Source of the DNA: an uncultured virus (IMG/VR IMGVR_UViG_3300042878_002054)
Lineage: Duplodnaviria; Heunggongvirae; Uroviricota; Caudoviricetes
Virus record (IMG/VR): IMGVR_UViG_3300042878_002054
Length of the DNA: 64,000 nucleotides
Direction: 5' to 3' (one strand)
Shown here: piece by piece, positions 1 through 9,635 of the stretch
How the letters are laid out: every line of letters begins with the position of its first letter
How positions within the stretch are numbered: the stretch's first letter is position 1
Notes under the pieces: generated by a model
What the model saw: only the letters and a program-made list of their open reading frames with translations
The model's database searches: none
Told to the model about the DNA's origin: nothing
Made by a program: the position numbers and the translations under genes

Positions 1-150
1 ACGTTATTGAACAATGATGAAGGAACCAATTTTTTAGGAGTCTTTTCAGATGACGGTAACGATGGGTTAGAATTTTCAATGTATGCAAATCTTGTAGAGA
101 GATTCAACACATTTGGAACTTTGAATTTTTTTGTTGCATATAGCATATAA
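1..150 (+). CDS. 3' end of a hypothetical protein (truncated by window edge)
   Basis: Frame 1 is open from base 1 to TAA at 148-150. Confidence 0.5.
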   Translation, partial: TLLNNDEGTNFLGVFSDDGNDGLEFSMYANLVERFNTFGTLNFFVAYSI

Positions 151-176
151 ATCAGAATAAAAAAAATATTATTAAG

Positions 177-416
177 ATGATAAAATTGATACAAAGAACA
201 ACAGACGGAAAATACCTAAAATCGGTAGAAAATGATTTATGGGTTGATAGTCAAAAAGAAGCGTTTGAGATGACTCATAGAGAATGTGAGACTGCTAAGG
301 CTGCACTTAGTGTGTATGGTAATGATATAAAGGAAATATTTAACTTTTCTAAATCCAAGTCAATGACAATTGAGGAAGTAAAGGAACTAAGAAACCTATT
401 AAAAAATAAACAATAA
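177..416 (+). CDS. hypothetical protein, 79 aa
   Basis: ATG start after an AT-rich leader; tightly packed with the next ORF. Confidence 0.7.
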   Translation: MIKLIQRTTDGKYLKSVENDLWVDSQKEAFEMTHRECETAKAALSVYGNDIKEIFNFSKSKSMTIEEVKELRNLLKNKQ

Positions 417-419
417 TAT

Positions 420-665
420 ATGAGAGTATGTATTTTGTGTGAAGAAGAAAAAGTTTCACAAATAAGAGAAGAAAAGAAAAACGAAAAACTATTGACTATA
501 CCTTGTTCCGAAACGGGAGAACTGCCGGCGACGCACAGATTTTGCTGCATTGCGATGTCCGAAGAGAGAGCAACCGAAATGGTCGCAAAGGCAAAACTTA
601 CTACGATAGAAATAAGTGGACCAAAAGAATTCTTAGAAAAATGGAACCTAAAAATCATAAAGTAA
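420..665 (+). CDS. hypothetical protein, 81 aa
   Basis: ORF in operon-like packing. Confidence 0.65.
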   Translation: MRVCILCEEEKVSQIREEKKNEKLLTIPCSETGELPATHRFCCIAMSEERATEMVAKAKLTTIEISGPKEFLEKWNLKIIK

Positions 666-1267
666 TAAAAAGCTTTATTTCGGACAACGAGGCAGGCCAG
701 ATCGTCGAATGGATCGATGGCTTGTCTCCTGAGTCTGCAAATCCTAACCATCACCTATCGGAATTGTCCAAAGTGGTTAAGGGTAAGGCCGCGATATTTG
801 ATATATCGAATACCGAGCTTACCAACTATATAACAAACTTTCAGGCAGTGACCAAAATAGAAAGAAATGTTCCCATTTTCATAAAGGAAATAATCAATAG
901 AGTCTCAAACGCATTGGATCTACCAAACAATAACATATTTATGCAGGCCGTAGATATGAGGCAAGGTGGAAAAATAAATCCACACTATGATGCCGCAATA
1001 AACGGATATATCAACTACAAATGTAACATAAGCGTTCTGTCAGAAGACTACAAAATCTTCATAGGTGATAGCTCTACAAATATACAAGAAAAAGACCTAT
1101 ATTGTTTCGAAGCATCATTATACAAGCACTGGACAAACGAATTCAACTCTAGAAGAATATTCTTAAGCATAGGATTTATAGTTCCATATTCAACAATGAA
1201 TAGAGACGAAAACGATCCTCGAGTAAGACTTTCAAAAAGAATAGAAAAATACTTTCAAAATTCATAA
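641..1267 (+). CDS. 2OG-Fe(II) oxygenase family protein
   Basis: HxD (INPHYDAA), distal His (YKHWT) and Arg (RRIFLSIGF). Start placed at ATG 641 rather than 503. Confidence 0.75.
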   Translation: MEPKNHKVIKSFISDNEAGQIVEWIDGLSPESANPNHHLSELSKVVKGKAAIFDISNTELTNYITNFQAVTKIERNVPIFIKEIINRVSNALDLPNNNIFMQAVDMRQGGKINPHYDAAINGYINYKCNISVLSEDYKIFIGDSSTNIQEKDLYCFEASLYKHWTNEFNSRRIFLSIGFIVPYSTMNRDENDPRVRLSKRIEKYFQNS

Positions 1268-1338
1268 ACCTTTAGGTTTGTTCAAATATTTATTATTTGA
1301 TTTTTATATATAGAGTATATAAAAATTATAATTATAAC

Positions 1339-3642
1339 ATGGGCATTATACATTCAGGAATAACTCAAAGTTCATTAGTACTAAGAAGTGAAACAGGACA
1401 AAGACTTTCTATTTTACAGTTTGATGGTAACTTCGTATATTTAGAAGACTTAGTATTGGGAGTATCTCAATCTTTAGCAAGTTTACCACTTGTTCCTGCA
1501 GGTGGAACTGGAGGTCAAGTATTGGCAAAAGTTAGTGGAACTGACTACGACTTAGAATGGATAGATCAGACTGGCGGTACTAGTGGTACTGGAACCGGAA
1601 CTGCAGGAACAAGCGGAACATCAGGAACTTCTGGAACATCAGGAACATCAGGAACTTCTGGAACATCAGGAACTTCTGGAACATCAGGAACTTCTGGAGT
1701 TGACGGAACATCAGGAACTTCTGGAGTTGACGGAACATCAGGAACTTCTGGAGTTGACGGAACATCAGGAACTTCTGGAACATCAGGAACATCAGGAACT
1801 TCTGGAACATCAGGAACTTCTGGAACATCAGGAACTTCTGGAGTTGACGGAACATCAGGAACTTCTGGAGTTGACGGAACATCAGGAACTTCTGGAACAT
1901 CCGGTGAAAGAGGTGCAGTAGGTTCTACATTTACAATATTAGGAATATTCCCAGATTATGCAGGACTTACACTAGTTGTAGGTACTATGAGTTCTATAAC
2001 ACCACCAAATAACTTTGATTCTTATATCCTACAAGATACATCACATGTTTGGGTCTATGGACCTACAGCATCTTTAGGTCTTTCACAAAGTGTTGCAAAC
2101 TCTGATGGGTGGATTGATATGGGTGCAATAGAAGGTGCTCAAGGACTTCCAGGTGAAAATGGAACTTCTGGAACTTCTGGAACTTCTGGAGTTGACGGAA
2201 CATCAGGAACTTCTGGAGTTGACGGAACATCAGGAACATCAGGAACTTCTGGAGTTGACGGAACATCAGGAACTTCTGGAGTTGACGGAACATCAGGAAC
2301 ATCAGGAACTTCTGGAGTTGACGGAACATCAGGAACTTCTGGAGTTGACGGAACATCAGGAACTTCTGGAGTTGACGGAACATCAGGAACTTCTGGAACA
2401 TCAGGAACAACCGGAACTTCTGGAACAACCGGAACTTCAGGAACTTCAGGTGTTAGTGGGAGTTTAGATATAATAAATAATATATTTTCTTTATCATCGT
2501 ATGATTTTAACCTTTTAGATCCAAATATATTATTACCAGGAGACTATTTTGTAGACGTAAATAATGATTCTTATGAGATACTACTACCATGGGATATAAA
2601 CTTCTTAGGTACGACATATAGCTCTGTTTGGCTAAACACCAATAGCTATTTGACTTTTGGTGCGAGTAGTTCTGCATCACAATCTATTGCACCTGGTCTT
2701 GTTGTACCGCCTGCGATATTTGTTGGTGCTGGTGATAATAGTCTTCAGGGATATTACTTTGGATTCGACGACGTGGCAGAAGAGATATTCAGAATAAGAT
2801 ACGAAGGTAGTCACGATGAATCTGGTGATTTTCTTTTCAACCCAACTATAGTATGGGAGATGATTTTTAACTTCAACTCACCAAATGATATAAAATTGGT
2901 TCTTGGTTATGGCGAAAAAACAGCTGCACCATTTGGAGTTTGGTCAAATCTTAGAAATCCTGGTGGTGTGTATGGTGTATCTGATGGTACAAACTGGGTA
3001 GAGAGATTTACAGCAGTACCTACATACGACGAAAAGACAAATACAGTGCTAAATACGGTTGATATTTTATCAATAACTTCAGGTGCTAGCTATTCTCAGT
3101 CTACAAATGAAATAAAATTTGTCGGACCAGGTGTTTATAAAGTATCTGAAGGAACTAAAACAACAATAAATATTGATCCATTGAATCAATATGGTTTATC
3201 TTTAAACTATGATATAGGAGATTTTTCAGGACTACCATCTTCTATAATATCTGCGAACAAATATGATTTGAGGCTTACTACAGGTAAAGATGGTAGTGCA
3301 GTTAGATTAAGACCAAGGGGTGATGTTTATTTGCAACCATATAATAGAAATGACAATCAGTATGGACCTGGATATAATGTTAGATTGATTGGATCAAATG
3401 CCTCTCAAGATGCACTTGGTGATGGAGATTACAATGGCGGTTCTATATTTATAACTCCTGGTTTAGGAATAGGTACTGGTGTAAAAGGAAACGTAATAAT
3501 AGGAACAGCAAGCTCTTTTGTAAATATATTTGGAACGATGTCAATCAACTCTGTTTCTGGTTGGTCTGGAACATACTCTATTGGTACTGCATCAGTTGTT
3601 ACGGTGATTTCGGGAATAATAACAGGAGTTACGACTATCTAA
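1339..3642 (+). CDS. Gly-X-Y (GTS/GVD) collagen-like fibre protein with a NIDO-like C-terminal region
   Basis: Two long GTS/GVD triplet tracts; fibre motif [20 protein letters not shown]; segment [22 protein letters not shown] resembles NIDO domains; TTTATATATAG upstream. Confidence 0.7.
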   Translation: MGIIHSGITQSSLVLRSETGQRLSILQFDGNFVYLEDLVLGVSQSLASLPLVPAGGTGGQVLAKVSGTDYDLEWIDQTGGTSGTGTGTAGTSGTSGTSGTSGTSGTSGTSGTSGTSGTSGVDGTSGTSGVDGTSGTSGVDGTSGTSGTSGTSGTSGTSGTSGTSGTSGVDGTSGTSGVDGTSGTSGTSGERGAVGSTFTILGIFPDYAGLTLVVGTMSSITPPNNFDSYILQDTSHVWVYGPTASLGLSQSVANSDGWIDMGAIEGAQGLPGENGTSGTSGTSGVDGTSGTSGVDGTSGTSGTSGVDGTSGTSGVDGTSGTSGTSGVDGTSGTSGVDGTSGTSGVDGTSGTSGTSGTTGTSGTTGTSGTSGVSGSLDIINNIFSLSSYDFNLLDPNILLPGDYFVDVNNDSYEILLPWDINFLGTTYSSVWLNTNSYLTFGASSSASQSIAPGLVVPPAIFVGAGDNSLQGYYFGFDDVAEEIFRIRYEGSHDESGDFLFNPTIVWEMIFNFNSPNDIKLVLGYGEKTAAPFGVWSNLRNPGGVYGVSDGTNWVERFTAVPTYDEKTNTVLNTVDILSITSGASYSQSTNEIKFVGPGVYKVSEGTKTTINIDPLNQYGLSLNYDIGDFSGLPSSIISANKYDLRLTTGKDGSAVRLRPRGDVYLQPYNRNDNQYGPGYNVRLIGSNASQDALGDGDYNGGSIFITPGLGIGTGVKGNVIIGTASSFVNIFGTMSINSVSGWSGTYSIGTASVVTVISGIITGVTTI
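1576..1905 (+). repeat. coding tandem repeat of 9-bp units (GGAACATCA / GGAACTTCT / GGAGTTGAC)
   Basis: Directly visible near-perfect repeats. Confidence 0.95.
2161..2460 (+). repeat. second coding 9-bp-unit tandem repeat tract
   Basis: Same units as 1576-1905. Confidence 0.95.
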
Positions 3643-3657
3643 AAGAATATATAGACT

Positions 3658-4620
3658 ATGATAAAAAGATATTTAGAGTTCATAAAAGAAAACCAAGCCG
3701 ATGGATTTGATTCTATCGGTGAATGGGTTGAATCATTGTATCAAGATGAATATGTTAAAAACATAGTAAATAGATATATTGGTGAGATTGGTTCTGATAT
3801 AAGACTTGCAAATGCTATAAATCTTCTCGATGAAAGAACTCAAAAAGAAATAACGCAGCAGATTGAACAATATCAAGAAGTTGGGATTGAAGAAAAAGAA
3901 CCTATCATTGCAGCATCTACTGATATAGAAGCTTTAACCGAATCAGAAATAACAAAAGCAGGTAGAGGAATATTTCATTCTTTCTTAAAAACTTTGACGG
4001 CATTAGGACAAAAAGAAAAGGCTTCTGAAATAGAAAGATGTCCTGAAAACTTCCTTTTATTTTACTTCTATGGTAACTTAGACGCAGGTGTCGTAAAACA
4101 AGTCTTCAGTCGATTCCAATCTTTAGTTCCATACTTGGAGCACATAGACTATGGAAAGAACGAGGTAAGTCTTTATTTTGGTGTTAAATGTGATGGTGAA
4201 CTTGAATACGGAGTATCGTATGATGGAAACTTCACCGCGTTTGGTACCTTCAAACTTAATCAATCGGTCATAAAATGGTTGAACAACATAGAGTCTAAAT
4301 CAGCATTTGCTCTTAAAAAGGAACTTGTAAATCTTTCTTATAATGATATTATTGTATTAGGAAAAGTAAAGTCTGAAATGGCTCAGTACAATCCAGGATA
4401 CCACGAAAGAAAACTTAAACCAGAACTAAAAGATAGAGTGATGAGTTTTGGATATCAAGGAATAGGAAAATGGGACAACGGTAAGTTGGATGAATCAGAA
4501 TTGATGAATCTTAAAAACAACTTTGTAACGTGGCTTCTTTCTAAAAACTGGGGTAGTAAAGTACTTATCAGTGTTAAACCAAACTCTTATTGGTTATATA
4601 TTCACATAAAACTAAAATAG
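3658..4620 (+). CDS. hypothetical late protein, possible internal head protein
   Basis: N-terminus MIKRYLEFIKE; GAATATATAG at 3645-3654. Confidence 0.75.
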   Translation: MIKRYLEFIKENQADGFDSIGEWVESLYQDEYVKNIVNRYIGEIGSDIRLANAINLLDERTQKEITQQIEQYQEVGIEEKEPIIAASTDIEALTESEITKAGRGIFHSFLKTLTALGQKEKASEIERCPENFLLFYFYGNLDAGVVKQVFSRFQSLVPYLEHIDYGKNEVSLYFGVKCDGELEYGVSYDGNFTAFGTFKLNQSVIKWLNNIESKSAFALKKELVNLSYNDIIVLGKVKSEMAQYNPGYHERKLKPELKDRVMSFGYQGIGKWDNGKLDESELMNLKNNFVTWLLSKNWGSKVLISVKPNSYWLYIHIKLK

Positions 4621-4623
4621 AAA

Positions 4624-4917
4624 ATGAAACATCTTAGAAAATATAACGAAAACGCAGGTCTTGATATAGATTTCGCTATAGTAAAAATAAGAGAACATTT
4701 CTCAGAAGAAGAAGTTTCTTCAATGGTTACTAAAGAAATCTCTGAGTGGTCTGATGATGATGAATTCTACTCTAGTAATGGAAACGGAGAAGCTGAAGAA
4801 GTTGTTATTCAAGAAATGATAAACTGGTTCAAAAGAGAGTTTTCTAAACAAATAGAAGAAAGTGATTTCGCTGCGTTAGAAGACGAAATCAAAGCTACTT
4901 ACCAATCATTAAACTAA
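4624..4917 (+). CDS. small acidic hypothetical protein, possible internal head protein
   Basis: N-terminus MKHLRKYNE; 3 bp after the previous stop. Confidence 0.7.
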   Translation: MKHLRKYNENAGLDIDFAIVKIREHFSEEEVSSMVTKEISEWSDDDEFYSSNGNGEAEEVVIQEMINWFKREFSKQIEESDFAALEDEIKATYQSLN

Positions 4918-4954
4918 ACTATACGCTTTTCATATAAAAAGAAAAGCAAAAATC

Positions 4955-5437
4955 ATGAATATACCTTCAAAAGAAGATACTATTAAGAAGTGGGCTCCAA
5001 TTCTTGAAAGGATGGGTATGACCGGATCCAAAGCTGATTGGATGTCGGAATATGCAGAGATGCATTCTACGAATAATCATTGGGGTACGGTTGGAGATTT
5101 GAAAGACTTATCAAATACCGAATCAAATACCACAAACAAAGATTTTCCAACTCTTCTACCAATGGCCAAACAAATATTCGCAAAAACGGTAGGTCTTGAC
5201 ATAGTTCCTGTTATGCCAATCGGTGGTGGAAACTCAGGCCCAGAGATGGAATCGATCCGACAAGACGTGAAGATAGAAAATAGGGACCGAAAGATTGAAT
5301 CAATCGTCGAAGACAAAGAATTTGAAGAGATGAAAGTAGAAGACCACCCAGACTACAAAAAGTCAGTAGGACCCAGAGGAGAACTTTTCTATTTGGATTT
5401 CCAATACGGCGGAACAGAATCAAATACTATATTATGA
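4955..5437 (+). CDS. truncated major-capsid (gp23-like) N-terminal paralog carrying the RxxKI motif
   Basis: KKWAPILE, GLDIVPVMP and GPRGELFYLDFQYG resemble T4 gp23 NKWKPLLE ... FDICGVQPM.SPTGQVFALRAVYG (recalled); only 160 aa. Confidence 0.65.
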   Translation: MNIPSKEDTIKKWAPILERMGMTGSKADWMSEYAEMHSTNNHWGTVGDLKDLSNTESNTTNKDFPTLLPMAKQIFAKTVGLDIVPVMPIGGGNSGPEMESIRQDVKIENRDRKIESIVEDKEFEEMKVEDHPDYKKSVGPRGELFYLDFQYGGTESNTIL

Positions 5438-5664
5438 CAACTATATTCAAAAGTCCAGGTGTCTATACGACCGAGAGAAACTCCGACTATTGGCTTCCAC
5501 CAGAAGTGATGAAAGGTATAAGGCAAAGTGGATTGTCTATGTCCAGAAGAATGAAAATCTCAAAGATATTCAAAGATGAAAGTCTTTATCCAGTAATGAA
5601 GGATGGTCCTATAGGTTCTAATGGCACTCTTGGTACTCCAGGTATTTGTGGAAATCATTCTTAA
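5434..5664 (+). CDS. small protein with a tail-sheath-like N-terminal peptide and the RxxKI motif
   Basis: FKSPGVYTTE resembles the SPGVYxxE sheath N-terminus; RRMKISKIF. Confidence 0.55.
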   Translation: MTTIFKSPGVYTTERNSDYWLPPEVMKGIRQSGLSMSRRMKISKIFKDESLYPVMKDGPIGSNGTLGTPGICGNHS

Positions 5665-5704
5665 AAATATCGGATGGGAGTCATGAAGCGAGAATATATA
5701 CTTC

Positions 5705-6040
5705 ATGATAAACATTTATTTGATTTCTTCAGATGCAAACGGTAAAAAACTATACAAGATAGGAATAACCAAAAGATCCATTCCAGAAAGAATAAAAGAG
5801 TTTAAAACAGGAAACGCAGCAGAGCTGATAATAGTGGATTCTTTTGTTTCGAAATGGGCAAGAAAGATAGAAGCGACTTTTCATAGGTCTTTGAAACCTA
5901 AGAAAATATCAGGAGAATGGTTTGACTTAGATGAAGAAGACATAGCAACTTTTAAAAGTAAATGTCAGGCGATGCACGAGAACTTTGATATAATAGAATC
6001 TAGCAATACCTACTACATAGATAGAGGTGGAAGATTTTAA
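5705..6040 (+). CDS. GIY-YIG-like (T5orf172/MUG113-type) nuclease domain protein
   Basis: IYLI...YKIGIT..RIKEFKTGN...IEATFH...GEWF pattern. Confidence 0.75.
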   Translation: MINIYLISSDANGKKLYKIGITKRSIPERIKEFKTGNAAELIIVDSFVSKWARKIEATFHRSLKPKKISGEWFDLDEEDIATFKSKCQAMHENFDIIESSNTYYIDRGGRF

Positions 6041-6070
6041 ACAAATATACTAAAAAACAATATAAAAGAC

Positions 6071-6346
6071 ATGATTGGTTCAATGAAAGAAATGGCGATA
6101 AAAGAATATATCGCAAAGATAAACTTCAAAACAGATGACTGGAAGTTATCTCAAATAAAAGAAGATATGAGAAGATTCTTAGGTGAAGAACCAGGAATAG
6201 ATATCGTATATAAAAAAGACGTGATGGTTAATGAGTTCACAGGTGAGGCCAAAGAATTCAAAGACATCGACAAGGTGGAAATCATCTTCACCGATACTGA
6301 TGATAAATTCAAAAAATTGCAGTTTATCGTTGGCGACAAAATCTAA
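6071..6346 (+). CDS. hypothetical protein, 91 aa
   Basis: ORF with AAACAA-N16-TATAAA upstream. Confidence 0.7.
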   Translation: MIGSMKEMAIKEYIAKINFKTDDWKLSQIKEDMRRFLGEEPGIDIVYKKDVMVNEFTGEAKEFKDIDKVEIIFTDTDDKFKKLQFIVGDKI

Positions 6347-6354
6347 TCTTTTTA

Positions 6355-6573
6355 ATGAAAATTGAAAACTATTATTTAGACCTTAATAAAGTACATAAAC
6401 TAGAAGACCAGCAAGAAAGAGATCAGATACACTCTTATTATAAAGACATGCTTTATTCTATTCAGGATGGTAGAAAAGAGATGGGTATATCTATAATGAA
6501 TACACTTATCAAAAGTGGTTATCTTGTAGATTTTAGAGATGAAAAACTTACCGAGCTTTTAGATGGAAATTAA
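6355..6573 (+). CDS. hypothetical protein with C-terminal RDEKLTELL motif
   Basis: ORF; shared motif. Confidence 0.7.
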   Translation: MKIENYYLDLNKVHKLEDQQERDQIHSYYKDMLYSIQDGRKEMGISIMNTLIKSGYLVDFRDEKLTELLDGN

Positions 6574-6913
6574 AATAGACATAGTAGACTATATGGGTAA
6601 GATGGATGGTGGTATTTTGGTACTACTTTCTGTCAATTGTGATGGTTCCTTCTCTGAGGGAACCATTTTTTATACACCTGATAATCTTGCTCTGACCGTT
6701 TCTGAAGAGATTGAAAAAAAGATAGGAACAAAGATAGAACTTTGGTCAGGTTATAAAGATTTGGTAGAATCTGTTCTCAAAAAACTTATACCATGTGAAG
6801 AACTTCTTACTAGAATGGACGATGTTGACTTTTCAAAGTATTTAGATTATGATGGTGAAACTACTTTCATAACAGATGAAATAGACCCAGAAGATATAGA
6901 GACAAAAGAATAA
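6563..6913 (+). CDS. hypothetical acidic protein
   Basis: ORF overlapping the previous stop. Confidence 0.7.
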   Translation: MEIKIDIVDYMGKMDGGILVLLSVNCDGSFSEGTIFYTPDNLALTVSEEIEKKIGTKIELWSGYKDLVESVLKKLIPCEELLTRMDDVDFSKYLDYDGETTFITDEIDPEDIETKE

Positions 6914-6959
6914 ACTTATTTCAATAAATCGGTATAAATTAAAAAATATTTTATATATT

Positions 6960-8702
6960 ATGCTGATAAGCGAAATAGGAATAAGAGGCTTTAAGTCATT
7001 TGGAAACAACGAACAGACGGTAAAGTTAAATACAGAAAAAGGAGAGCTAATACTTTTAGTTGGAAACAACGGAAATGGTAAATCAAGTTTTCTTTCAAGT
7101 TTTGAATACACACTTTACGGTAAAGTAAGAGGTGGTAGACAAAAGAAGTGGAGTACACTATCTACATTACCAAACCGAATCAACGGAGAACTTTTAAACA
7201 GAATATCATTCAAATCTGGTGGTGTTGACGTAGAAATCAAAAGAGGAATATCACCGTCCAAACTTGAGCTTTGGGAAAATGGAATGCTTAATGAGAGAGC
7301 AGGAAAATCAAACATCGACGACGCAATCGAAAAGTATGTTGGTATGGATATTGAGACTTTCAAGTCTTTCATATCAATGTCAATAAATGACTTCAAAAAC
7401 TTTATATCACTATCAAATGAAGAAAAACAGCTTTTATTAGACAAACTTTTCAACCTTGAAGTGATCAACATTTTAAACGGAATTCTTAAAGACCTTAATA
7501 AATCTAATAAGACAAGAATCGCTTCTTTGGATTCAGAAATAAAAACTTTAGAAGACTCTATTGGTTCTATTCAAAAATCTATAGAAAGAACTGTTCAAAA
7601 AGAAAAGTTGAATATTCAAGCAGACATAGACGAACTTATGGAACAGATGACTGCTAAGAAAGACGACTATAAGGCTTTAAAAGAAAAGGTCGATAAAATC
7701 AAAGAAAAAGAAGAACAACTAATAACAGAAATCGATGCAGAGAAAAAACAATATATCACGGTTCAGAACGACATTAAGAACGTTCAAAGAGAGATTGATT
7801 TATATGATTCCGGGAAGTGCCCCACTTGTGGAACAGATTTTGATTCTGATCACTTTAATTCTTTAAGAGAAGCACTTGTAGAAAAGAAGACCAAATTCGA
7901 AGACGTAAAATCTACAATAGAAGCAAATATACAAACTATTAAGGATAGACAAACAAAGCTGAAAGAGATTGCAGGAACTACTACAACCACTTTTAATGAT
8001 ATGAGTTATTTCTTAAAAAATTGTAAATCTAAGATTGAAGAACTTACCAGAAAGAAAGACCAAGAATCTAAAGTAGTATCTCCAAATATCGAAGAGTTTG
8101 AAAAGTCTATTAGTGAGTTGGAAGATAAAAAGTCTTTAAGTAAAGACAATGTTGCAGTTAGTAAAGACAAAGAACTTTTCTACAAAGAACTAAACAGAAT
8201 CTTTGGTGAAGATGGTGTAAAGAAATCTATCATAGCAGGTATTATCAAACCTTTAAATCACTTTATTGGAGAAAACATTAGTAAGATGGGAATACCATTT
8301 GGTGTTAAGTTAGATGAAACATTTACTGCAGAAATAAGACAATTTGGATCTTTGATTGAAAGTGATTCTTTATCTACCGGTGAAAACAAAAGAGTGAACA
8401 TCGCAATCCTTATTGCTTACCTAAAACTTATACGTACTAAGAGACACATCAATATTCTCTTCTTAGACGAAGTCTTTTCTTCTATTGATATAGAGGGAAT
8501 AGATTCTATACTAACGCTCTTAAAATCGTTCGCAAACGAGTATAACATCAATATATTTGTAGTTCACCACGCGATTCTGAACCAAGAGATGTTCGATAGG
8601 ATTCTTAAAATAAACAAAGAAGTTTTTTCTTCTATAGAAGAAGTAAGTTATTTAGAAAACGACATATTCGGAAATGGACAAATTGGAGAAGAAACTTATT
8701 GA
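6960..8702 (+). CDS. sbcC: SbcC/Rad50/T4 gp46-like recombination ATPase
   Basis: Walker A GNNGNGKS, coiled coils, Zn-hook CPTC, signature LSTGE, Walker B FLDE, H-loop VVHH. Confidence 0.92.
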   Translation: MLISEIGIRGFKSFGNNEQTVKLNTEKGELILLVGNNGNGKSSFLSSFEYTLYGKVRGGRQKKWSTLSTLPNRINGELLNRISFKSGGVDVEIKRGISPSKLELWENGMLNERAGKSNIDDAIEKYVGMDIETFKSFISMSINDFKNFISLSNEEKQLLLDKLFNLEVINILNGILKDLNKSNKTRIASLDSEIKTLEDSIGSIQKSIERTVQKEKLNIQADIDELMEQMTAKKDDYKALKEKVDKIKEKEEQLITEIDAEKKQYITVQNDIKNVQREIDLYDSGKCPTCGTDFDSDHFNSLREALVEKKTKFEDVKSTIEANIQTIKDRQTKLKEIAGTTTTTFNDMSYFLKNCKSKIEELTRKKDQESKVVSPNIEEFEKSISELEDKKSLSKDNVAVSKDKELFYKELNRIFGEDGVKKSIIAGIIKPLNHFIGENISKMGIPFGVKLDETFTAEIRQFGSLIESDSLSTGENKRVNIAILIAYLKLIRTKRHINILFLDEVFSSIDIEGIDSILTLLKSFANEYNINIFVVHHAILNQEMFDRILKINKEVFSSIEEVSYLENDIFGNGQIGEETY

Positions 8703-8964
8703 GTGTCTAAATCTTAGGTCGCTTAAGCAAGATTTTGCAATGATGCAGAAATGGGATGACGCGGCCAGAACTCGTGAAGATGAGAGAATTTCTGTAAGAG
8801 ATATTCACAATATGCTAAATGACACGTCAGATGATGGATATGACTGGGAAGTCTACGAGAAGTCTTTCAAAGACTATTGTGAACAGAGGTTTGGTACTAC
8901 CAATGCCAAAGGCATACTAAAGATGTTAGATAGAGAAGAAAAACTAAAACAATTAGGTATTTAA
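8674..8964 (+). CDS. UVR (UvrB/C-motif)-like protein with C-terminal REEKLKQLGI
   Basis: LKQDFAMMQKWDDAARTREDE resembles the UVR motif (..FEKAAxLRD). Confidence 0.6.
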   Translation: MDKLEKKLIECLNLRSLKQDFAMMQKWDDAARTREDERISVRDIHNMLNDTSDDGYDWEVYEKSFKDYCEQRFGTTNAKGILKMLDREEKLKQLGI

Positions 8965-8976
8965 AAATAGAAGAGT

Positions 8977-9231
8977 ATGGCAACACAATGCAATAGTACA
9001 TTAGGAACACTTACATCGGGAGCACCTGGATCATATCTTATGACCGATTCGAGTGGAACTCTTTCATGGTCGTCTAAAAATGACACGATGGTAGAGTTTG
9101 TTGAATTTGCATTAGAGATAATGGGTATCGATTTGAAGTATTCGGAGTTTGAGAAGATGTCTAGTTCTGATAGAAAAGCCATGCTTAGAGATTTGAAGAT
9201 AGATAGTGTATTAAAAGGAAAGGAGATGTAA
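8977..9231 (+). CDS. hypothetical protein with a fibre-like peptide and RDLKIDSVL motif
   Basis: GAPGSYLMTDSSGTLSWS; shared motif. Confidence 0.6.
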   Translation: MATQCNSTLGTLTSGAPGSYLMTDSSGTLSWSSKNDTMVEFVEFALEIMGIDLKYSEFEKMSSSDRKAMLRDLKIDSVLKGKEM

Positions 9232-9234
9232 ATT

Positions 9235-9423
9235 ATGTTAGAAGTAGAAGTAGGTAAAGGTGGTATTGAAGCCGCGTTGAAAAAACTCAAAAGAAAGTGG
9301 GACAAAACCAAAATGATTAAAGAACTTAGGTCAAGAAAAGAGTTCATCAAAACAACTGATAAAAAAAGAGCGGCCAAAGGAAGAGCCGTATATATAAACA
9401 AAAAATACAGACTAGAAGACTAA
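9235..9423 (+). CDS. rpsU: ribosomal protein bS21 homolog
   Basis: 62 aa, basic; IEAALKKLKRK...IKELRSRKEF.K pattern. Confidence 0.85.
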   Translation: MLEVEVGKGGIEAALKKLKRKWDKTKMIKELRSRKEFIKTTDKKRAAKGRAVYINKKYRLED

Positions 9424-9434
9424 AAACTAAAAAC

Positions 9435-9635
9435 ATGGGATTTAACAAAAGGTACATCAACAAAGAAAATGTAATAATGAAATACAAAGAAGGCTTGGAA
9501 TCCCTTGTCCGATACATATCGATGTCGGACTGTCTTATAATAGAAGACGAATTCTCGGAGCAGGTCGTGGATATAGTAATGAATGACGACGGATATATCG
9601 CTGGTGAGAAGATAGAAAAAATGATAGCAGAATGA
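9435..9635 (+). CDS. hypothetical protein, 66 aa
   Basis: ORF between rpsU and dnaJ with ATGA overlap. Confidence 0.65.
   Translation: MGFNKRYINKENVIMKYKEGLESLVRYISMSDCLIIEDEFSEQVVDIVMNDDGYIAGEKIEKMIAE

Noticed and set aside
503..640. Upstream extensions of ORF-track starts (503, 1297, 24458, 28687, 33922, 33991, 45100)
   Set aside because: They overlap neighbouring genes or promoter motifs; downstream ATGs (641, 1339, 24470, 28663, 33997, 33949, 45115) fit better.
1576..2460. Repeat arrays as a CRISPR array or DGR template
   Set aside because: No unique spacers, no cas or reverse transcriptase gene in the window, and the repeats are in-frame coding triplets.
1580..2467. Alternative-frame ORFs (MFQKFLMF..., EHQELL...) over the GTS repeats
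   Set aside because: By-products of stop-free 9-bp repeats; the Gly-X-Y frame is the one continuous with the flanking domains.
5705..6040. Mobile intron or intein-associated homing endonuclease
   Set aside because: Free-standing 111-aa ORF that does not interrupt a gene and has no evident DNA-binding extension.
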